Assembly (NCBI GenBank): GCA_041287245.1
Contig: JBEULP010000117.1
Coordinates: 289,867-353,866 of the forward strand
Source of the DNA: Infirmifilum sp.
Lineage (GTDB): Archaea > Thermoproteota > Thermoprotei > Thermofilales > Thermofilaceae
Reading direction: 5' to 3'
DNA: 64,000 nucleotides
In this document: positions 58,068 to 64,000 of the stretch, in pieces
Numbering within the stretch: the stretch's first letter is position 1
Layout of the letters: each line of letters begins with the position of its first letter
Translations under genes and position numbers: made by a program
The notes under the pieces: generated by a model
The model's input: only the letters and a program-made list of their open reading frames with translations
Told to the model about the DNA's origin: nothing
Database searches by the model: none

Positions 58068-59215
58068 TGTGGATGAGTCGTGGCGCTAAGATAATCCTTG
58101 GGATCCTCCTTCTAACGGTTTCTATAGTCGCTCTGATCTACCTGCTCGGGTATAGGGGCCCGTCGCCCGCTGAGCAGACGGCTGCGCCACGCCGCTACGT
58201 GGTGGACTTTGCGGGGCGTAACGTCACGCTTCCTGAGAGGGTTAACAGGGTGGTTGCTATAGGACCTGGCATGCTCAGGCTTGTCTGCTACCTCAACGCC
58301 ACAGACCTCTTAGTGGGCGTGGAGGAGAGCGAGCTCCAATGGGGGTTTGCTGGTAGGGACTACGCTATGGCTTGCGGCGACCTCTTCAAGAACCTGCCAG
58401 TAATAGGCCCCGGAGGCCCTGGAAAACCCCCGGTTCCCGAGCTCATAGTTAAGGTGAAGCCGGATCTTATAATCATGTCTAGCTTGTATGCCAGCTCCTA
58501 CGACCCTGATAAGCTGCAGCAGGAGACGAACGCTACGGTCATCGTAATGGACTACGGCATCCCCGGCTACGTTGTGGTCGAAGACCTGGTAAAGGCGCTT
58601 AGAATCCTGGGCAAGGCTCTGAACAGGGAGGAGAGAGCCGAGAAGCTCATAAGCTTCATAGAGAGCGTACGCCGCGACCTTGACGCGAGAACCGCTAGCA
58701 TCGCGCAGAGACCAAAGGTCTATGTGGGAGCAGTATCCTACAAGGGAGGCCAGCCCTTAACCTCCACTCAGAGCCCCTTCCCCCCGCTTGTCCTCCTCAA
58801 CACCCCTTCAGTTGCGGACAAGTATGCGAAGAAGAGTGGTTATCTCTCCCTGGACTTCGAGGCGCTGATCACCGACCAGCCGGACATAATTTTCATAGAT
58901 GAGGGTAACCTGAATATCGTGAAGCAGGATTTCGACAAGAACCCCGGCAAGTATCTCCAGTTAGAGGCTTTCAAGAGGGGGCGTGTCTACGGCATACTCC
59001 CCTTTAATTACTACCACACGAACATCGCGACAGCCCTCGCCGACGCCTACTGGATGGGCAAGATCCTCTACCCTGATAAGTTTGCAGACGTGAACCCTGA
59101 GGCAAAGGCTGACGAGATATTCCGGGCCTTTCTCGGAAAACCCCTATATAATGGCTATAAGGAAGCCTATGGAGGCTTTGTCTCACTCGCAGACGTCTTC
59201 AAGGTGTCCGGCTAG
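58064..59215 (+). CDS. Type II ABC substrate-binding protein (FecB/BtuF-like)
   Basis: DFAGRNVTLP..VNRVV, ELIVKVKPDLII. Confidence 0.9.
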   Translation: MMWMSRGAKIILGILLLTVSIVALIYLLGYRGPSPAEQTAAPRRYVVDFAGRNVTLPERVNRVVAIGPGMLRLVCYLNATDLLVGVEESELQWGFAGRDYAMACGDLFKNLPVIGPGGPGKPPVPELIVKVKPDLIIMSSLYASSYDPDKLQQETNATVIVMDYGIPGYVVVEDLVKALRILGKALNREERAEKLISFIESVRRDLDARTASIAQRPKVYVGAVSYKGGQPLTSTQSPFPPLVLLNTPSVADKYAKKSGYLSLDFEALITDQPDIIFIDEGNLNIVKQDFDKNPGKYLQLEAFKRGRVYGILPFNYYHTNIATALADAYWMGKILYPDKFADVNPEAKADEIFRAFLGKPLYNGYKEAYGGFVSLADVFKVSG

Positions 59216-60261
59216 TGATGAGAGGGCTTCACCGGCTTCGTCTTTTAACAACTCTTTCTCTCTTCGTCCTTCTTCTCCTTGTAACTCCCGTCTGCACCTC
59301 ACTTGGAACGTATAAGATTTCTCTCATAGACGTGCTCCGCGTCCTAGTCAAGCCCGACAGCTCGGAGTTATCGCGCGTCGTGTGGCAGCTTAGGATGCCC
59401 AGGGTTGTCGCTGCTATCCTTGTGGGGGCTGTGCTAGGGAGCTCTGGTGCGGCGGTTCAGGCTGTTATGAGAAACCCCCTCGCCTCTCCCTTTACCTTTG
59501 GCCTTATGCATGCGGCGGCGCTCGGGGTGGCCATTGCGCTCCTCGCTCTGCACGGGGGAACTGTTGAGCGTTTCCAGATCTACGTGTCTAACCCATACCT
59601 TCTCTCAGTCTCAGCGTTTATTTTCTCAGTAGTACAGGTCTTTATCCTCCTGGCTCTGGCTCTCAGGGCTGGGCTAAGCGCAAACGCGCTCGTCCTCTCG
59701 GCTATTGCAACCTCTTTCGCATACCAGGCGGTCCTGTACCTGTTAGAGTACCTCTACCTAAACGAGCTTATGGTGTCAACCGTCGTCTTCTGGACCTTTG
59801 GAGACCTATCCAGGGTAACCTGGGCCGAGCTTCAAATCCTCGCCGCCGGCGCGGGTCTTCTAGTACTACCCTACTTCCTCCTGAGAAGGTTCGACTACGA
59901 CTTGATATTAAGCGGCGAGGACGTCGCCAAGTCCTCCGGCGTCCACCCGGGTAGGGTCAGGTTGGAGACGACCCTTGTCGCCGCCCTCGGGACAGCCCTA
60001 GCCACCTCCTTCGTAGGAGTAATAGGCTTCGTGTGCCTGGTGGCGCCGCATATTGCTAGGCTCCTCGTCGGCGGCGGGCACAGGTATCTTGTGCCGGCAT
60101 CCATAGCTGTGGGCGCCCTGATACTCCTCCTAGCCGACACTTTGGGCAGGACGGTAATAGCCCCAACGGTTATACCGGCGGGGGTGATGACCTCTATCAT
60201 CGGAGTCCCCGTACTAGTATACCTGCTGCTGAAGGGTGGGATCCGTGGCCGTGGAGATTAA
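59215..60261 (+). CDS. FecCD/BtuC-family permease
   Basis: RMPRV, RNPLASP, GVIGFVCLVAPH. Confidence 0.92.
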   Translation: MMRGLHRLRLLTTLSLFVLLLLVTPVCTSLGTYKISLIDVLRVLVKPDSSELSRVVWQLRMPRVVAAILVGAVLGSSGAAVQAVMRNPLASPFTFGLMHAAALGVAIALLALHGGTVERFQIYVSNPYLLSVSAFIFSVVQVFILLALALRAGLSANALVLSAIATSFAYQAVLYLLEYLYLNELMVSTVVFWTFGDLSRVTWAELQILAAGAGLLVLPYFLLRRFDYDLILSGEDVAKSSGVHPGRVRLETTLVAALGTALATSFVGVIGFVCLVAPHIARLLVGGGHRYLVPASIAVGALILLLADTLGRTVIAPTVIPAGVMTSIIGVPVLVYLLLKGGIRGRGD

Positions 60262-61018
60262 AGCCCTCGGTTTAAGCGTTTTCTACGACAGCTATGAGGC
60301 TCTAAGCAACGTTTCCGTCGCCGTGAGTGGAGGCGAGGTTCTGTCCATAGCGGGGCCCAACGGCGCCGGCAAAACAACCCTCTTGAAGACGCTGGCCCGT
60401 ATTCTCAAGCCGAAGTACGGGGCGGTATACATAGACGGCAAGGAAATCTACAAGCTTTCCCCCCGGGAAGTTGCTAGAAGCATCGGCTACGTCCCACAGC
60501 GAGTATACCTCGGCGGGATGCTGACAGTATACGAGTTCGTCATGACCGGGAGAAGGCCCCACTTCGAGCTAACCCCCTCCAGGAGAGACGAGGAGAAGGT
60601 GCTCGAAGCCTTAAGCGCGGTTGGCGCACTCGGCCTCGCCGAGAGGCCCTTGGAGCAGCTGAGCGGCGGGGAGCTCCAAAGGGTGATGATAGCTAGGGCC
60701 CTCGCAGGTGAGCCGAAGATCCTCCTCCTAGACGAGCCAACCAGCAGCCTAGACCTGAAGTACCAGGTCGAGGTCCAGGGGATAATAGACAGGTTGAAGA
60801 AGAAGGGCTTAGCGGTTATACTTACATCCCACGACCTAACCTTCACCTACAGGGTTTCAGACTCGGTAGTACTCCTCAAGGACGGAAGGGTGTACGCGGC
60901 TGGAAAGCCGGAGCAAGTCTTAACCCCCGAGAACATATACAGGGTTTACGGAGTGGAGGTCATACTATTAAAGGAGCACAGAGTTATAGTGCCGAGCAAC
61001 AACACAAACAGCTTTTAG
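60236..61018 (+). CDS. FecE/BtuD-family ABC ATPase
   Basis: GPNGAGKTT, LSGGELQR, DEPTSSLD. Confidence 0.92.
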   Translation: MGSVAVEIKALGLSVFYDSYEALSNVSVAVSGGEVLSIAGPNGAGKTTLLKTLARILKPKYGAVYIDGKEIYKLSPREVARSIGYVPQRVYLGGMLTVYEFVMTGRRPHFELTPSRRDEEKVLEALSAVGALGLAERPLEQLSGGELQRVMIARALAGEPKILLLDEPTSSLDLKYQVEVQGIIDRLKKKGLAVILTSHDLTFTYRVSDSVVLLKDGRVYAAGKPEQVLTPENIYRVYGVEVILLKEHRVIVPSNNTNSF

Positions 61019-61311
61019 CCCTTTAGCATCGAAACTCCCCAGGTCGATGTTAATTCCATACCTGGGAAAAACAGTCAACCTCAAAACCCTGTACAGCGAT
61101 TCTCTCCGGGTCAAAGCCTTCCACATAGAAAAATAGTGGGCTTTTAATTCTAGAACGCGCTGAGAGCTGTCAAGCCTGGATCCCTCCGGAGTAGTGCTGA
61201 CAGCCTGAAAACCCGCACTGGGCTAAAACTCCACAGGGTCTGAAGACGCGGAACATGTGAATGCAAGCCCCGCCCGCGAGTCTGGGCCAGCCACTTGAAA
61301 CCAAGGGGCTC

Positions 61312-62035
61312 TCACACGGTCCTGCCGAGAATCAACTCAATACCCTCCTCCTGGCATCTCCTACGTAGCCGTTTCGCCACCCCCCGTGGAGCTGCAAGGA
61401 CGATCAAGATCTTCCTCGACGCCTGCCTCCCATACCTGCTTTCCGCTACCCTAACCTTTTTCAAGAGCTTGTCAACCTCCCCCTCCGTCTCCGCATAAGC
61501 GGTGACCTCGCCGACGATAAGAGGGTCATCTAGAAAAATGTCGATCTGCTCACCATCGACAACTTCCTCCCTTAACCTTTTCCCACGTGGAATAACACCC
61601 TCTTTCACCAGTTCCCGCGTCAACAGCCTCCTAACGAACCTCTCAAACGTGATGCCTGCAAACCTGTGCAACTGGTAAAAACCGTAGTAGAGGGCACCCT
61701 CCAGCTTGTCTACACGTCTTCCAAGCCTCGCCTGCTCATCTTTCATCCCCCTTTATCTCCTCCCATATCTTAGCTACTTCCTCTCTTAATCTCTCGATCT
61801 CCCTCCATATCTCCCTCTCCTCCTCCTTTATGCCTTCAATCTCTTTCCAGGTTTTGGCCATTCTCTCGTTGATGGCCTTAATCTCCTCCCAAATCCTAGC
61901 CTGTACCTCTCCATAGGAGTCAAGCCTCTTCAAGACCTCCCCATAGCCGAGCAGGCCTGCCACCGCGTAGCGAAACTCCAGATCCTCCTCGAGAGCCCGC
62001 AGGAAACGCCTCTTCTCCTCAGCCGAAAGCGCCAT
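61312..62035 (-). pseudogene. Coiled-coil plus PD-(D/E)XK-like (PaREP/DUF3782-type) gene split by a 1-nt frameshift
   Basis: N-part MALSAEEKRRFLRALEEDLEFRYAVAGLLG (ATG 62035). C-part FERF...IDI...IVGEV. Removing one G from the G5 run at 61747-61751 joins them. Confidence 0.75.
61755..61896. repeat. Degenerate 42-bp tandem repeat encoding a 14-aa coiled-coil unit
   Basis: ATCTC[CT]..CCA units start at 61755, 61797, 61839 and 61881. Confidence 0.75.
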
Positions 62036-62223
62036 ACCTACTGCCCTCACACCTAAAGGCCTATATAAACCCTCCCCGGATCCAGCCGGGGCTAAAAAAC
62101 ACAGCAACCGACAGGAGACCCCACCTAGCCGAGCACACAAGACAACGCTCAGACCCCCAACTGCGCACAGAGGCCGACCCGCGCCGGTTAAAGGTTAAAC
62201 CCTAAGCTGGGCCTCGGGGCATG

Positions 62224-64000
62224 CTACCCGTATGCGCGAAACTCCCAAGTGCTCGCCCCCGTAAACCCGGCGTAGCTCGGCGTGCCCGCCGGCCGGCAGC
62301 CATACCTCGCCACTATCACGCCGGTGGAGTCGCGTACTATTACCTCCCACAGCTGGCTCAGAGGCCTCAGGTCCAACCAGTAGCCCGAGGGGAAACTCCC
62401 CAGGTAGACCTCGCCGCCCCCACACCTAGCGTAGTAGCCCGTGCCCTGCCTCCTGCCCCCAAGGATAGGGTTCAAGCCGGAGTCGAAGAGGTAGAAGCCA
62501 CCGTCGCCCGCGAAGCTACCGGCATACACGACCGCTCCAGGCACCAGCTGGCGGTAGTAGGTGTCGCCGCTCACGCTCCACTCCGGTGGCAGCGGGGTGC
62601 AGTCGATGTAGGTGAATGAGAGGTCGTCCCACCATATAAAAACATCACCAGTCACTCCCGAAGCATAGTAGCTTCCATCGGTTATCGCGAGGGCTATTCT
62701 CCTCACTGTGCCGCTCTCGTTCGGGGGAAGGCTTCCGCTCCACGTGTACGACGAGCCCCTGTCCATCCCGCCGAGTCTGTATACTATAAAGCGGGGGTCA
62801 GACGGCGTGCAAGCCCCATTTCCTCCGACCGTGCAGACCACGGTACCGGGGCTGACAAGCGTGGAGACGATGACGCCGCTGTAAGTCACGGAGGTGTTGT
62901 ACCTGTAGAAGATGTATTCGACGTCTATCGTGCCATCGTTGTTGCGGTCCACCCCGACTGAGACGTAGCCTAGCTCGTTGTTAGCCTCGGTTCCTGTCGT
63001 GTAAACATTGTAGAGCCCCTTCACCGAGAAGGTGAAGCCTGCCGCAGGTATGCTGGCTGCCCACCTGGTTACGTCGTAGATGGCGGCTGCAATGCCAAAG
63101 TCTGTCGCCGGGTTATTGTTGGCTCCTATCGCATCAGCCTCGGTCGCGAGGCTCGGGGTGGTGGACGGGCTGTACATCTGGTCGATATACACCATTGTGA
63201 ATTCAGATCCCCTTGTATAGGAGGATATATACGACGGGAGGGGGCAGCTAACATACACGTTGTCCCACCGCACAGTAGTTGAAGACGTACCTCCTCCCGG
63301 GGCAACATAAGCCGTCAACGCTAACCCCACAACGTTGCCCGTGGTGTAGACCTGACCTATGACGGCTTTTAACCAGGTGTTAGCAGTGTTCGAGAAACCT
63401 GATATAGGGGAAGCGGAATGCTGCAGCGTCCTGCCGTATATAGTATTGTCGAGGTACAGGGGGCTAGTACCACCACCGCTAGCATAGTAGACGACTTCAA
63501 GGTCAGGGGAGCCATCTCCGTTCGTATCGATGAAGAAGTTGACTTGGAAGTAGTTCCGCGCACCTAATGTAGTACTCAGATAATAGTTGAAAGCGAAGCG
63601 CGAAGAAGCCTGGAAAGGCTGGGCTGAAAGGTTTACGAAGAGAGCCGAGTAGGCTTGTCTGCCACTCGCATAGGTGTACAGGCTTGGGGCTGGGTTGCCC
63701 ATAGTGGTGTCCAAGCTCACCACTCCATTTGAGGGGTAGACGCGATAGCCGGGGGGTAGGCTCTCGAAAGTGTATTTCACGTTTGGACAGCCCACTGTGA
63801 AGTTGTCGGTGAACGTTCGTGGTGTGCAGCTGCGGCTCGCGGTGTTGAGCAGGCTCATGGGCATGGCGGAGAAGTTGATGAACTGCTGGGCCTTCGCTCC
63901 CCCCACCTGGAAGCGAGCCGTGGCGAGGACCCAGTAGGGCTGGGAGGCGGTTGTCCGCCACGTCAGCCTCGCCGGCAGCGCGACGGGTGGCCCTGAGGCC
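62224..64000 (-). CDS. Large extracellular beta-rich protein, 3' part (starts beyond window)
   Basis: Frame open to window end; S/T/G/Y-rich; two Dx[DN]xDG loops. Confidence 0.8.
   Translation of the reverse strand, partial: ASGPPVALPARLTWRTTASQPYWVLATARFQVGGAKAQQFINFSAMPMSLLNTASRSCTPRTFTDNFTVGCPNVKYTFESLPPGYRVYPSNGVVSLDTTMGNPAPSLYTYASGRQAYSALFVNLSAQPFQASSRFAFNYYLSTTLGARNYFQVNFFIDTNGDGSPDLEVVYYASGGGTSPLYLDNTIYGRTLQHSASPISGFSNTANTWLKAVIGQVYTTGNVVGLALTAYVAPGGGTSSTTVRWDNVYVSCPLPSYISSYTRGSEFTMVYIDQMYSPSTTPSLATEADAIGANNNPATDFGIAAAIYDVTRWAASIPAAGFTFSVKGLYNVYTTGTEANNELGYVSVGVDRNNDGTIDVEYIFYRYNTSVTYSGVIVSTLVSPGTVVCTVGGNGACTPSDPRFIVYRLGGMDRGSSYTWSGSLPPNESGTVRRIALAITDGSYYASGVTGDVFIWWDDLSFTYIDCTPLPPEWSVSGDTYYRQLVPGAVVYAGSFAGDGGFYLFDSGLNPILGGRRQGTGYYARCGGGEVYLGSFPSGYWLDLRPLSQLWEVIVRDSTGVIVARYGCRPAGTPSYAGFTGASTWEFRAYG

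Noticed and set aside
1..64000. CRISPR array, tRNA, rRNA
   Set aside because: No regularly spaced repeats, cloverleaf or rRNA signatures recognised by eye; tRNAscan/Infernal could still find small RNAs

Overview
A 64 kb, gene-dense chromosomal segment from a hyperthermophilic crenarchaeon. GGTGA Shine-Dalgarno motifs, TATA boxes about 25 nt upstream of apparently leaderless starts, and the gene content suggest Thermofilaceae (inference). Transport dominates: an ECF module, two MacB/LolCDE-type ABC systems, two ABC-2 exporters, an AfuABC-like importer with secreted partners, a FecCD/BtuCD-type importer with FmdE, plus MFS, QueT and MscS genes. Metalloenzyme genes include SufBC/SmsBC, a WOR/AOR-family oxidoreductase with ferredoxin, and hypC/hypE/hypD. 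Also present are archaeal asparagine synthetase, ATP-type PEPCK and an XPD helicase. The region from about 51.8 kb onward looks accessory. No rRNA, tRNA or CRISPR array was seen. Best leads: (1) a stand-alone membrane PH-like protein plus protease-less BrxL-type AAA+ ATPase with no BREX genes; (2) a motif-degenerate acetyl-CoA-synthetase homolog inside the hypC-hypE operon; (3) a twin TATCG-N5-CGATA operator around a PadR gene; (4) a surface phosphoesterase plus ABC importer locus; (5) a secreted protein / PepSY-like / Abi-protease cluster; (6) reading-frame anomalies in a GNAT gene, a PaREP-like gene and the BrxL start. All family calls come from motif recognition by eye, with no database searches.
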